From NCBI GenBank assembly GCA_963707915.1, contig OY970178.1:2752001-2816000 (forward strand): a stretch of 64,000 nucleotides of DNA, in the 5' to 3' direction. The position numbers and the translations under genes were made by a program. Of the stretch, positions 9,163-18,996 are shown piece by piece. The stretch's first letter is position 1, and each line of letters begins with the position of its first letter. Under the pieces are notes generated by a model, which saw only the letters and a list, made by a program, of their open reading frames with translations, ran no database searches and was not told the origin of the DNA. This DNA is from Candidatus Eiseniibacteriota bacterium. GTDB lineage: Bacteria > Eisenbacteria > RBG-16-71-46.

Positions 9163-10935
9163 TTATCTCCCGAGGACCACCAGGCGCGTGATGGCGGTGC
9201 GGCCCAGGCCCTCGAGCCGGGCGAAGTAGATCCCCGCGCCGACCGGGGATCCGCTGCCGCCCCCGATGGACCAATCGACGCGGGTCGTGCCCGGCTCCGC
9301 CAGACCGGCGAAGGGCGTGGCGACCCGGCGACCCGCGAGGTCGAAGATCTCGAGCCGCACGTCAGCCTTCCGGCTCAGCGTGAAACTGAGACGAGTGGAA
9401 CGGAAGGCGGGGTTGGGCGCCGCCGCCAGGGCGATCTCCTCGCCCTCGATCGCTGCGCTCTCCGACGCCGACGTGACCTGCGCGAGCTCCTCGATCGGCC
9501 CGGCCATCAGCGAGCCGCTTGCGTAGTCGTAGTCGAAGGCCATGTAGTCGCCGCGGCAGGTGTAGGAGCCCGCCGCGCGCGTGCTGCCCCGCACCCGCAG
9601 CCGGACCTCGCGCGAGGCGGACACGTACGGACCCGCCGAGGTCGGCGTGTAGGTGCGGGTCACGTCGGTGGTACTCACGGTGGACGAGTTCACCTGCACC
9701 CAGGCGCTCGTGGTCCAGTTCCACAGGTAGAGGTACTGGGTGCGCGAGATGGTGAAGTTGCCGTCGTAGGTGACGGTGAGGTTGAGCGGCGGATGCGCCA
9801 GGGTGACCGATCCGTACCAGTCGGTCACGTAGCTGCCGCTCTCGACGCCGGCCCCGATGGAGACGCGGCTGGCGTCGTTGGCCGCCAGGCGGGTCACGTC
9901 GCCGGTGGTGATGCTGCCCTTGAGCAACGTGATCGCGCTCGCCACCTGGGTGGCGTGGATGGGCGGCGGCGTGCCCCCGCCGTTGTAGTAGGTGTCGGTG
10001 AAGCCGCTGCCCGCCACGGTGTAGGCCGCGCCGGTCGCGGGCTGGGCCTGCACGACGATGGTGCCGCCGACCTTGTCCCAGGTCGGGTTCGGCGCGAGCC
10101 CCGCGCCGGTCTCGGTCCAGTAGGTCTTCACGCCCGCGTTGTGCAGGTTGGTGAGCGCGGTCGCCGTCGGGTGCGCGTAGCTGTTGCCGCTGCCGACCGA
10201 GATGATGCCCACCTCGGGCGTGGTCGCGGTGAGCCAGCCGGCCGAGGTCGAGGTGGCCGAGCCGTGGTGGTGGACTTTGTAGACCTCGACGTCGCCCATC
10301 TCGGCGCCGACCGCGGCTTCGACGACGCTGGACAGGTCGCCGCCCAGCGCCTCGTCGAAGGCGCCGTAGCTCACCTTGTAGACCGTGCTCAGGGAATTCT
10401 CGTCGGTGCCCGAATACACGCCGGCGCCGTTCAGGTCCACGCACTTGATGTACACCGGGTTGGCCGCGCCGGCGTCGAGCGTGATGACCTGGTTCTTCGT
10501 GATGGTCGCGCGCTTGGTGCCCAGCGTGTTCACGTAAGCGGTGTAGACCCCGCTGGAGTACGAGCCGCCGCGATCGTAGCCCTTCGTGCCGATCGTGATG
10601 CCGATGGCCGCGAGGTCGTCGATGCAGCCGATGTGATCCGAATGGTAGTGCGTGGTGAAGTGGTACTTGATGCTGGTGAGACCCTGGCCCTGGAGGTAGG
10701 CCTTGATCCCGCTGCAGTCGAGGTAGTTGCCGTCGTCGAACAGGGCGGTCTCACCCAGCGGCGAGATCAGCAGGATGCCGTCGGCCTGGCCGACGTCGAT
10801 GTGGTGGATCTGCAACTTGCCGTTGGCGGCCGCCAGCGCGAGGGCGGGGACCAGCACGAGGAGGAGCGCGGCGGGGACGAGCAACCGCAAGGAACGGAGG
10901 GCACGGCAGGGCCAGTGGACATGGAACCGTCGCAT
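9163..10935 (-). CDS. Secreted ComEC/Rec2-type MBL-fold metallohydrolase with FlgD/T9SS-like tail (copy 2)
   Basis: Close paralog of 5994-7769: THYHSDHIG, YKVHHHGS and the same C-terminal tail. Confidence 0.85.
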   Translation of the reverse strand: MRRFHVHWPCRALRSLRLLVPAALLLVLVPALALAAANGKLQIHHIDVGQADGILLISPLGETALFDDGNYLDCSGIKAYLQGQGLTSIKYHFTTHYHSDHIGCIDDLAAIGITIGTKGYDRGGSYSSGVYTAYVNTLGTKRATITKNQVITLDAGAANPVYIKCVDLNGAGVYSGTDENSLSTVYKVSYGAFDEALGGDLSSVVEAAVGAEMGDVEVYKVHHHGSATSTSAGWLTATTPEVGIISVGSGNSYAHPTATALTNLHNAGVKTYWTETGAGLAPNPTWDKVGGTIVVQAQPATGAAYTVAGSGFTDTYYNGGGTPPPIHATQVASAITLLKGSITTGDVTRLAANDASRVSIGAGVESGSYVTDWYGSVTLAHPPLNLTVTYDGNFTISRTQYLYLWNWTTSAWVQVNSSTVSTTDVTRTYTPTSAGPYVSASREVRLRVRGSTRAAGSYTCRGDYMAFDYDYASGSLMAGPIEELAQVTSASESAAIEGEEIALAAAPNPAFRSTRLSFTLSRKADVRLEIFDLAGRRVATPFAGLAEPGTTRVDWSIGGGSGSPVGAGIYFARLEGLGRTAITRLVVLGR

Positions 10936-11060
10936 CGGGGACACCTCTTCCTGAGGCGGGTACGAAACGGGGCGCACGGTCTGGCACGGAACGTCCTTGT
11001 CCGATTCCTCGGGTCACAAGTCGTGGACGACCCGGCCATCGCGCGCGGTTCCTGAGCCAG
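10936..11060 (-). promoter_or_regulatory. Structured 5' leader with multiple GGA motifs, copy 2
   Basis: CUCAGGAA, GGGUCG-UCCA-CGACUU, CCGA-GGAA-UCGG, ACAAGGACGU, CGCCUC-AGGAA-GAGGUG. Confidence 0.5.
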
Positions 11061-11210
11061 TAGGCAATCTAGTGCGTACCGGCCCGGGATGCCAGCAGAG
11101 AGGAGCGTCCGCGCGCGACGGCGGCGCCCCGACTTCGGCGGTTCGACGGGGTCCGGCCGGCGCGTGTAGACTCCACGGCCTTCCGGCGGCTCGAACCGAG
11201 GACATCCGAC

Positions 11211-12428
11211 GTGTGGTCCACCATCGAAGACAAGGTCCGGCGCGGCGCGCGGCTGACGAGCGCCGAGGGCGTGCACCTGCTCACCGAGGCCCCGCTGCTC
11301 GAGCTGGGCGCGCTCGCCCACGAGGTGCGCTCGGGACGGAATCACCCGGGCCGGGTCACCTACGTCCTGGACACCAATCCCAACTACACCAACGTCTGCA
11401 CGGTGGACTGCCACTTCTGCGCGTTCTACCGGAAGCCCGGCTCGAAGGCGCCGGACGCCTACACGCACGACGTCGAGGGCGTGATGCGGATGATGGAGGC
11501 GGCCGACAAGATCGGCGCCACCACGGTCCTGCTCCAGGGCGGGCTCAATCCGTCGATCCCCTGGGAGTTCTACCCGGCCATCGTGCGTGAATCGCGCCGG
11601 CGCTTCCCGCGGATCACGCCGCACTTCTTCTCGGCGCCCGAGATCCACCAGATGGCGGAGGTCTCCGGCCTCACCGTGCGCGGCGTGCTCGAGGCGCTCC
11701 ACGAGGCGGGCCAGACGACGCTGCCGGGTGGCGGCGCCGAGATCCTGGCGAAGCGCGTGCGGCAACGCGTCTCCGCGAAGAAGGGCGGGCCCGGCGCCTG
11801 GCTCGACGTGCATCGCGAAGCCCACCGCGTGGGCATGCGCTCCACCGCCACGATGATGTACGGGCACGTCGAGACCGACGCCGAGATCGTCGAGCACTTC
11901 GACGCCATCCGCGACCTGCAGGACGAGACCCGGGGTTTCACCGCGTTCGTGCCCTGGTCCTACAAGCGCGGCAACACGCCGATGGAGGCGAGGATCCCCC
12001 ACGTGGCCGGCGCCCCGCGCTACCTGCGGGTACTGGCGGCCTCGCGGCTCTACCTCGACAACTTCGACCACGTCCAGGCGTCGTGGTTCGGCGAGGGCAA
12101 GAAGACCGGGCAGATCGCCCTGCACTTCGGCGCCGACGATTTCGGTGGCACGCTCTTCGAGGAATACGTCCACCTCGCCACCGGGCACCTGAGCAAGATC
12201 ACGCAGCCGGAGATCGAGACGCTCATCCGCGAAGCCGGCTTCGCGCCCGCACAGCGCACGACGCTGTACGAGATCCTGCAGGTGGGCGAGGGCCCGGAGG
12301 CGCTGGAGCGCCCGGGCGCCGACGTGCCGCTGTTCGTCGAGAGCCCGGGCGAGCTCCCGGCCGAGTACCCGGCCGAACTGGAGGGCGAGGGGCCCCCGGC
12401 GGCGCGACGGACCGGGAAGACGCCGTGA
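11211..12428 (+). CDS. mqnC: Cyclic dehypoxanthine futalosine synthase MqnC (CofH-family radical SAM)
   Basis: TYVLDTNPNYTNVCTVDCHFCAF (CxxxCxxC), LLQGGLNP, PGGGAEIL, STATMMYGHVE, GFTAFVPWSY, HVQASW, GADDFGGT. mqnA and mqnD are in the same window. Confidence 0.8.
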   Translation: MWSTIEDKVRRGARLTSAEGVHLLTEAPLLELGALAHEVRSGRNHPGRVTYVLDTNPNYTNVCTVDCHFCAFYRKPGSKAPDAYTHDVEGVMRMMEAADKIGATTVLLQGGLNPSIPWEFYPAIVRESRRRFPRITPHFFSAPEIHQMAEVSGLTVRGVLEALHEAGQTTLPGGGAEILAKRVRQRVSAKKGGPGAWLDVHREAHRVGMRSTATMMYGHVETDAEIVEHFDAIRDLQDETRGFTAFVPWSYKRGNTPMEARIPHVAGAPRYLRVLAASRLYLDNFDHVQASWFGEGKKTGQIALHFGADDFGGTLFEEYVHLATGHLSKITQPEIETLIREAGFAPAQRTTLYEILQVGEGPEALERPGADVPLFVESPGELPAEYPAELEGEGPPAARRTGKTP

Positions 12429-14302
12429 GCGCCGGACTCCACGCTCCCGAGCTGGACCGGGGGCTCGCCTGGCTCAACACCGATCGGCCCCTGCGCTTCG
12501 CGCACGAGCTCAGGGGCCAGGTCGTGCTGCTCGACTTCTGGACCTACTGCTGCATCAACTGCATGCACGTCCTCCCCGACCTCGAGCACCTCGAGGCGCG
12601 CTTCGCCGGCCGACCCTTCGTGGTGATCGGCGTGCACTCCGCCAAGTTCGACAACGAGGCGGACCGCGGCAGCGTCCGCGCGGCGGTGCAGCGCTACGGG
12701 ATCCGGCACCCGGTGGTGGTGGACGACGACATGCGCCTGTGGCGGGCCTACGGCGCGCGCTCCTGGCCGACGCGGGTGCTGGTGGACCCGACCGGGGCGA
12801 TCGTGACGGCGGTCGGAGGCGAGGGGCACCGGGAGGAGCTCGAACAGGCGATCGCCTCGCTGCTCGACCGGCACGCGCAGGGTGGCACGCTGGCCGCCGC
12901 GCCGCTCGCGCCCGCGCCCGACGCGGCGGTGCGCTCGCCCTCGGGCCTCTCGTTCCCGGGCAAGGTGCTCGCCGACCGCGACGGAGGGCGGCTGTTCGTC
13001 GCCGACACGGCGCATCACCGCATCGTGGTCGCCTCGTGGCCGGACGCCTCCGGGCGCGCGACGCTCCTGCGCGTCGTCGGCAGCGGGGAGGCGGGCCGGG
13101 TGGACGGGCCCGCCGCGCGCGCGTCGTTCCGCGCCCCGCAGGGCCTGGCGCTGGCACGGGGAAGGCTGTTCGTCGCCGACACCGAGAACCACCTGGTCCG
13201 GGCGGTGGACCTCGCGAGCTGGGAGGTCGCGACCTGGGCGGGCACGGGCGAGATGACCAACGACTTCGCCGGCGGCGCGCGCGGAGTCGCGCAGGGCATC
13301 AACTCGCCGTGGGACCTCGCGGTGCACGGCAGCCGCCTGCTGGTGGCGATGGCCGGCACGCACCAGGTCTGGCGCTTCGAGCTGGGCAACGCGTTCGGGC
13401 GGGCCTACGCGGGCACCGGGCGCGAGGACCTCGAGGACGGGTCGGCCGAGCGCGCCGCGCTCGCCCAGCCCTCGGGGCTCGCGGTCGCGGGCGACTCGCT
13501 GTGGATCGCCGACAGCGAGGTGAGCGCGGTGCGCGGGCTCGACCTGCGGGAGGAGCGGGTCTTCACCGTCATCGGCGAGGGCCTGTTCGACTTCGGCGAC
13601 GTCGACGGGTCGTACCCCGAAGCGCGGCTGCAACACCCGCTCGGGGTGGCGGCCTGGCAGGGGAAGGTGCTGGTGGCCGACTCGTACAACCACCGGATCA
13701 AGGTGGTGGAGCCCGGCTCGCGCACGGTCCGCTCGCGGCTCGGCGACGGGAAGCCCGGGGCGGACGACGGTCGCGGGGGCCCGCGCTTCTTCGAGCCCGG
13801 CGGGCTCGCGGTCGCGGGCGACGAGTTGCTGGTCGCCGACACCAACAACCACCGCCTCGTCTGGGCCGACCTCGCCGGCGGGACCTGGCGCGAAGTCGCC
13901 ATCGAGGGGCTCGAGCCGCCGGTCCGCGCGGGACTCGAGCCGCCGGTGGGCGAGGAGGCGCCGCCCGCGAAGCTGCGCCGCGCGGGTGGCGTGACCCTCG
14001 CCGTGGACGGTGGCCTGCCCGCGGCCGCCCACCCGAACCCGGAGGCGCCGCTCACGCTGCGGGTGAGCGCCCACGGGCACACCCTCTACCAGGCCACGCG
14101 CACGGTGGCGGAGTTCCCGGTGGAGTTCGCGTTGCCGCCCGCGGCGGTGGAGCCGGGCGCCTGGCACGTGGATCTCTCGTTCGCCTACTGCACCGAGGGC
14201 GAACAGGCGATGTGCGTGCCGGTCCGGCGCGCCTGGCGGGTGGCGGTCAGCGTCGACGACGACGGTGCTGCGCGCCTCCACCTCGCGGGGCACGATCGGT
14301 GA
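12425..14302 (+). CDS. Thioredoxin-like + NHL-repeat protein (NHLRC2/SOQ1-like)
   Basis: WLNT, LDFWTYCCINCMH, GVHSAKF, repeated ADT.NH NHL blades, C-terminal YC...C domain. GTG start overlaps the mqnC stop. Confidence 0.85.
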   Translation: MSAGLHAPELDRGLAWLNTDRPLRFAHELRGQVVLLDFWTYCCINCMHVLPDLEHLEARFAGRPFVVIGVHSAKFDNEADRGSVRAAVQRYGIRHPVVVDDDMRLWRAYGARSWPTRVLVDPTGAIVTAVGGEGHREELEQAIASLLDRHAQGGTLAAAPLAPAPDAAVRSPSGLSFPGKVLADRDGGRLFVADTAHHRIVVASWPDASGRATLLRVVGSGEAGRVDGPAARASFRAPQGLALARGRLFVADTENHLVRAVDLASWEVATWAGTGEMTNDFAGGARGVAQGINSPWDLAVHGSRLLVAMAGTHQVWRFELGNAFGRAYAGTGREDLEDGSAERAALAQPSGLAVAGDSLWIADSEVSAVRGLDLREERVFTVIGEGLFDFGDVDGSYPEARLQHPLGVAAWQGKVLVADSYNHRIKVVEPGSRTVRSRLGDGKPGADDGRGGPRFFEPGGLAVAGDELLVADTNNHRLVWADLAGGTWREVAIEGLEPPVRAGLEPPVGEEAPPAKLRRAGGVTLAVDGGLPAAAHPNPEAPLTLRVSAHGHTLYQATRTVAEFPVEFALPPAAVEPGAWHVDLSFAYCTEGEQAMCVPVRRAWRVAVSVDDDGAARLHLAGHDR

Positions 14303-14309
14303 ACGCCGG

Positions 14310-15872
14310 ATGACGGCCGCGCGCTGGGTCCCGGCCGCGACCGTCCTGGTCGTGCTCGCCGTCGTCGCCTGCTGGCTCGCCTGGTCGCCACTGGCCGCGA
14401 ACGAGCTGGTCGGTGGCGACGAGGGCTACTACGGGACGATGGCGCGGAACGTCCTCGCCTCCCCGCACCAGCTCGTCAGCCCGTCGCTCGGTCCGCTCGG
14501 TCCCCCGGGCGACAAGCCGCCGCTCTACCCCGCGCTCCTCGCGCTGTCGCTGCGGGCGTTCGGGCTCACCGAGGGCGCGCTGCGCTGGCTCTCGGTGCTC
14601 TCGGCGGCCTGCATCGCGCTCTGCCTGGCGGGGCTGGTCCGGCGCGCGGCGGGCCCGTGGGCCGGGGCGGCGGCCGCGCTGTCGATCGTCTGCCTGCCCG
14701 CCTTCGCGAGGGGCGCGCGGGTGGTCGCGGCGGAGTTCCCGCTGACCGCGCTGGGCGGCGCGGCGTTGCTGTGCGCCAGCGGCGGCACCTCCTCGAAGTG
14801 GCGCGGCTTCGCCGCCGGCGCGTTGCTGGGCATGGCGTTCCTCTGCAAGCTGTGGCTGGTCGGGCTCATCGGCCTGCCGGTGCTCAGTCTCTACTGGCCG
14901 CTGCGTCGCGGGCAACGGGCGGCCCTCGCCGTGCTGGTGGTGACGGCGGCGGCGGTCTCCTCGCTGCACCTGGCCGCCGTGGCGCTCTTCGATCCGCGTT
15001 CGCTCGCGCACTGGTGGGCGATCTACCTCGGCCGCTCGCTGGCGGAGCGCACGCAGGGCGCCGGCTATGCGGCCTACTGGCTCCAGCCGCCGCAGTACTA
15101 CGCGCTGGTGCTGGCCCACGCGTTCGCCCTGCTGCTGCCGCTCGTCGCGGTCGGCGTCGTGGCGGCGCTGCGGCGCTTCCGCGAGCCCGGGCCCCGTGCG
15201 CTGCTGCTATGGGCCGCCGGCACGATCGTGCTCTCGCTCTTCGCGGTGAAGGCCTACGGCTACGTCTACGTGGTGTTCCCCGCGTGGGCGGGGCTGGCGG
15301 CGCTCGGTGCGCACGCGATCGCGACGTGGCGCTGGAGGGCGTCGACCGGGGTCGCGGTCGCGCTGGTCCTGGCTGCCGGCGCCGCGGGCTTCGCGCGCGA
15401 GGCGCGGCGGCTGCCGTGGGTCTACCACCGGCCGGGCTACCGCGCCGTGGCGGCGACGGTGGCGCCGTGGCTCGCCGACGTGCCGCCGGACCGGGCCTGC
15501 TTCGTCGGGCCCGAGGCCCCGACGCTGTCCTTCCATCTCTTCCGTACCGGGACCTACTGGAGCACGCCGTACCTGCCGTGGACGGAGGCGCGGCGCCGCG
15601 CGATCCAGGCCGACACCGCGCTGCGGGTCTTCGTCGTGGATCCGCAGCAGGAGCTCTACGGCGGCTGGCCGGACTCGACGACGCTCGCGTGGCTCGAGGC
15701 CTCGGCGACCGAGATCTCCGGAGCGGCCGCCGGGCGCGCGGGTCACCCGCTGGCGGTGAGGGTGTTCGTGCGTGGCGCGGCGGGATCGCCCTCCGCCGGT
15801 GCGCCCGCCGCGGTCAGCGCGCGGCCGCCAGCCGTGCCGGCGGCGGCCTCAGCTCCATCCAGATCACGCTGA
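14310..15872 (+). CDS. Glycosyltransferase family 39 (ArnT/PMT-like) membrane protein
   Basis: DEGYY, DKPPLY, LGMAFLCK and many hydrophobic segments. Confidence 0.8.
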   Translation: MTAARWVPAATVLVVLAVVACWLAWSPLAANELVGGDEGYYGTMARNVLASPHQLVSPSLGPLGPPGDKPPLYPALLALSLRAFGLTEGALRWLSVLSAACIALCLAGLVRRAAGPWAGAAAALSIVCLPAFARGARVVAAEFPLTALGGAALLCASGGTSSKWRGFAAGALLGMAFLCKLWLVGLIGLPVLSLYWPLRRGQRAALAVLVVTAAAVSSLHLAAVALFDPRSLAHWWAIYLGRSLAERTQGAGYAAYWLQPPQYYALVLAHAFALLLPLVAVGVVAALRRFREPGPRALLLWAAGTIVLSLFAVKAYGYVYVVFPAWAGLAALGAHAIATWRWRASTGVAVALVLAAGAAGFAREARRLPWVYHRPGYRAVAATVAPWLADVPPDRACFVGPEAPTLSFHLFRTGTYWSTPYLPWTEARRRAIQADTALRVFVVDPQQELYGGWPDSTTLAWLEASATEISGAAAGRAGHPLAVRVFVRGAAGSPSAGAPAAVSARPPAVPAAASAPSRSR

Positions 15873-17562
15873 ACCCGTCCGAGGTGCGCCACTGACGGAC
15901 GCGCCGGACGTTCCACTCGGGCCGGTCCGGGGCCCGGGCCGGCTCGGCCACGGCCTCGCGCCACTCGGGCCAGGCATTGGCCGGGTCGCGGAAGACGAGC
16001 AACACGTGGCGGAACTCGAGCCGTCGCCTGCAGCCCTCGAGGTCGGCCGGCGAGAGCGCCAGGTGCAGCACCGGACGCCTCGCGTGCCAGGCCAGCATGG
16101 GACCGAGGTTGCTCATCACCACCTCGCCCGCGGGAATCTCGCGATTCATCAGCACCGCGACCTGGAGCAGACTGAGCACGCTCGGCGTGCCGCGCTCGGC
16201 CGAGGCGACGCGCGCCTCGGCGTTGCCGCGCGCGGTCTGCAACGAGCCCCAGCCCAGTGCCAGCAGTCCGGCCGCGAGCGCGACCGCGCGTCGGAGCCGG
16301 GGGCGCGTGGCCAGCTCCGTGGCCCGCGAGAGCAAGGCCCACAGGGCGACGAGCCCGGCCGCTTCGAGCAGGACGCGGACCGGGAAGACGAAGCGGAGCC
16401 AGGGGATGCTCACCGCGGCGGCGAACACGCCGAGCGCGAAGGCGACGAGCAAGGCGAGCGCGGCCACGGCGGGCGGGCGGAGATCGGGCTCGTCTCCCCG
16501 CCCGCGCGCCCATGGCCGGGCGGTGACCACCCACAGGACGATCGCTCCCAGCCACAGGGCCCGCGGGCCGGTGAGGACCTCGAGCAGCAGCCGCGGGAGA
16601 TTCGCCGCGGTCTTCGCCGCGAGGAGCCGCGCGGCCTCGAGTCCCGGCGGCAGCACCGGCATCTCCGGCAGGTGGTAGAGCGAGAACCAGGTGCGGCCCT
16701 GGATGCCGTCCCACACGACGAAGCGCGACAGGTCCCAGGCCGGCGAGCCGAACTCGCTCCACTTGTAGAGCCACCACGGGGCGAGCGGCGCGGCATAGCC
16801 CGCCAGCACGAGCGCGAGCACGCGCCGCCGGCGTCCGCCCGGAGCGAGCAGCACCGCGCCCAGCGTCAGCACGGGCGCCAGCCACAGCAGGGTCCCGCGC
16901 AGCGTCCCGGTCACGCCCAGCAGGAGCCCGAAGAGCAGCGGGCGGCGCGGCGCGTGGCCCAGCGCCAGGGCCGCGAACGCGAGCAGCAGGCCGAGCGTGA
17001 ACGGCAGCTCGGCGAAGCCCCCGGCCGCGAAGTGCTGCGCCTCGGGTTCGAGGTAGAACGCGAGCCCCACGGTGAACGCCGCCGCGAGGCGGCGGCCCTC
17101 GGGCACCGCCGGCGCCAGGCGGCGCAGCAGGCGCGATACCACGACGGCGAGCAGGAGCCCGATGAGGATGTAGCAGCAGAAGGGCAGGACGAGCGCGAGC
17201 CACTCGCGCTGGTCGGGTCGCGAGAGCTGCGCGAGGGACCGGCCGCGCCAGCGGATCTCCTCCGGTGTCACCCGGAAGAGCGCGGCCTCGGCCAGCACGA
17301 GTCCCGGCTGGACGACGGCCAGCGGCCACGGCGGCGCGGCATGCCGCGTGAGCTCGAGCGGCAGGGCGAAGGTGGTGGCGAGCCGGCCGTGTGTGGCGAG
17401 CTCACGCGCGGCCAGGGCGTACTGCGCCGAGTCGTAGTTCAGCACCGGCGAACGCCCGCCCAGTCCCCACGCGTCGGCGTGCAGCATCCAGAGCAGGCAC
17501 CCCGCCAGCGGCAGGACAAGGGCCAGGAATAGTGCGCCGATCGATGTCCGTGTCCCGCTCAC
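15814..17562 (-). CDS. Polytopic membrane protein, GT-C glycosyltransferase-like
   Basis: N-terminal TM followed by YDSAQYALAAREL, many TM helices, RFVFP and a C-terminal soluble domain (VVMSN). GTG start inferred. Confidence 0.6.
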   Translation of the reverse strand: MSGTRTSIGALFLALVLPLAGCLLWMLHADAWGLGGRSPVLNYDSAQYALAARELATHGRLATTFALPLELTRHAAPPWPLAVVQPGLVLAEAALFRVTPEEIRWRGRSLAQLSRPDQREWLALVLPFCCYILIGLLLAVVVSRLLRRLAPAVPEGRRLAAAFTVGLAFYLEPEAQHFAAGGFAELPFTLGLLLAFAALALGHAPRRPLLFGLLLGVTGTLRGTLLWLAPVLTLGAVLLAPGGRRRRVLALVLAGYAAPLAPWWLYKWSEFGSPAWDLSRFVVWDGIQGRTWFSLYHLPEMPVLPPGLEAARLLAAKTAANLPRLLLEVLTGPRALWLGAIVLWVVTARPWARGRGDEPDLRPPAVAALALLVAFALGVFAAAVSIPWLRFVFPVRVLLEAAGLVALWALLSRATELATRPRLRRAVALAAGLLALGWGSLQTARGNAEARVASAERGTPSVLSLLQVAVLMNREIPAGEVVMSNLGPMLAWHARRPVLHLALSPADLEGCRRRLEFRHVLLVFRDPANAWPEWREAVAEPARAPDRPEWNVRRVRQWRTSDGFSVIWMELRPPPARLAAAR

Positions 17563-17802
17563 GGTTCGCAGGGTAGTCGCTGCCCCCGGGGAGCCACAAG
17601 CCGCGGCGCGGCCCGTCCGCCGGTCCGGACCGGGGAAGCCACCGGCGTCGCCTCTCAAGCTTCTCCCCGCCGTGCCGACTCTTACCGTCGAGGGCTCCCC
17701 GTGCCCTCGGGCCGGAGGCGGAACCGCCACCGGCCGACCCTGGCGCCGACGCGACGTGCGCGACGCCCGAAGGCCGCCCTGAAAGAAAGGTCATCCGCCG
17801 CG

Positions 17803-18993
17803 ATGGACATGTCGCCGGTCTCCCTCGAAGGCATCTTCTCCACCCTCGGCACCAACCAGGACCAGCGCTCCTCGCTGTCCGCCGCCGCGCTCAACCGCGG
17901 GGCCGGTCTGCTCCAGGAGCAGCGCTACGAAGCGGCCATCAAGGAATTCAAGCGCGCCGCGGCCCTGGACCCGCAGTCGAGCGACGCGTGCGTCGTCATG
18001 GGCCGCACCTACTCGATGATCGGCCAGCCCGGGAACGCCATCGCGGCGTTCCAGAAGGCGATCAAGATCGACCCCTCGCGGGTGGACGCGCGCATGTACC
18101 TGGCCGGCGCGTTCGTCGGCACGCAGCGCTACGGCGAGGCGGAAGCGCAGTACCGGGCGGCGATCAAGCTGGACGGCTCCGCCACGGCGCCGCGCAGCGC
18201 GCTGGGCTCGCTCTACCTGCTGATGGAGCGGTACGCCGAGGCCGAGACCCAGTTCCAGAAGGTCGGCTCGATGGCGCCCCTCGATCCGAGCAGCCGCTAC
18301 AACCTGGGACTGGTGTACAACCAGCAGGGGCGCTACACGGAGGCGCTGGGCCAGTTCGACCGCGCCATCTCGCTGCAGCCCGGGAACGTGGACGCCATCG
18401 CCGAGCAGGCCTACTCCTACCTGGGCCTCGGCCAGGAGGACCAGGCGGCCGAGCGGGCCACCACGCTCTGGAACATGAACACCAACGAGAGCTGGACGCG
18501 CGCGGCCGAGATCGAGTCGGCCATGTTCACTCCCAGGTTCCAGTACGCGGACACCGCCAAGTCCACGTTCAACCCGTTCCTGCTGTCGGGGGCGGCCCTC
18601 TCGCTCGAGGACGCCTCGCTCGCGACGCCGGGAGCGTCGAAGCTGTTCACGATGGTATTCCGCTTCAACCAGCCCATGGACCTGGCCTCGGTCCAGAACG
18701 CCATGAAGTGGTCCATCAGCAAGGCCACGGGCGGCCCCGGGGGCGTCTACGACAACGGGGTCACGCTGGACTACAGCCGCGACACCAACATCATGCCGAT
18801 CCCCCTGGCCGTGCGCTACGATCCCGACACGCGCGAGGCGACCGTGTACTTCCGCATCACCCAGAACGCGGCCGGGGACGGGGTGATCGACCCGCGGCAC
18901 TGGGTCTTCCAGTTCTCCGGCACGGACGTGAACGGCAACCCGATGGATCCCCGCGGCGACGAGTACGACGGTTTCGCCCGCAAGCCCTACTGA
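17803..18993 (+). CDS. TPR-repeat protein with a C-terminal beta-rich (Ig-like) domain
   Basis: Repeated TPR consensus (AI..F..AI..DP, YNLG.VY); C-terminal FRFNQPMDLASV. Confidence 0.75.
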   Translation: MDMSPVSLEGIFSTLGTNQDQRSSLSAAALNRGAGLLQEQRYEAAIKEFKRAAALDPQSSDACVVMGRTYSMIGQPGNAIAAFQKAIKIDPSRVDARMYLAGAFVGTQRYGEAEAQYRAAIKLDGSATAPRSALGSLYLLMERYAEAETQFQKVGSMAPLDPSSRYNLGLVYNQQGRYTEALGQFDRAISLQPGNVDAIAEQAYSYLGLGQEDQAAERATTLWNMNTNESWTRAAEIESAMFTPRFQYADTAKSTFNPFLLSGAALSLEDASLATPGASKLFTMVFRFNQPMDLASVQNAMKWSISKATGGPGGVYDNGVTLDYSRDTNIMPIPLAVRYDPDTREATVYFRITQNAAGDGVIDPRHWVFQFSGTDVNGNPMDPRGDEYDGFARKPY

Positions 18994-18996
18994 TCC

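Noticed and set aside
13907..13948. GLEPPV duplication in the NHL protein
   Set aside because: A short two-copy repeat in an inter-domain linker with no sign of function.
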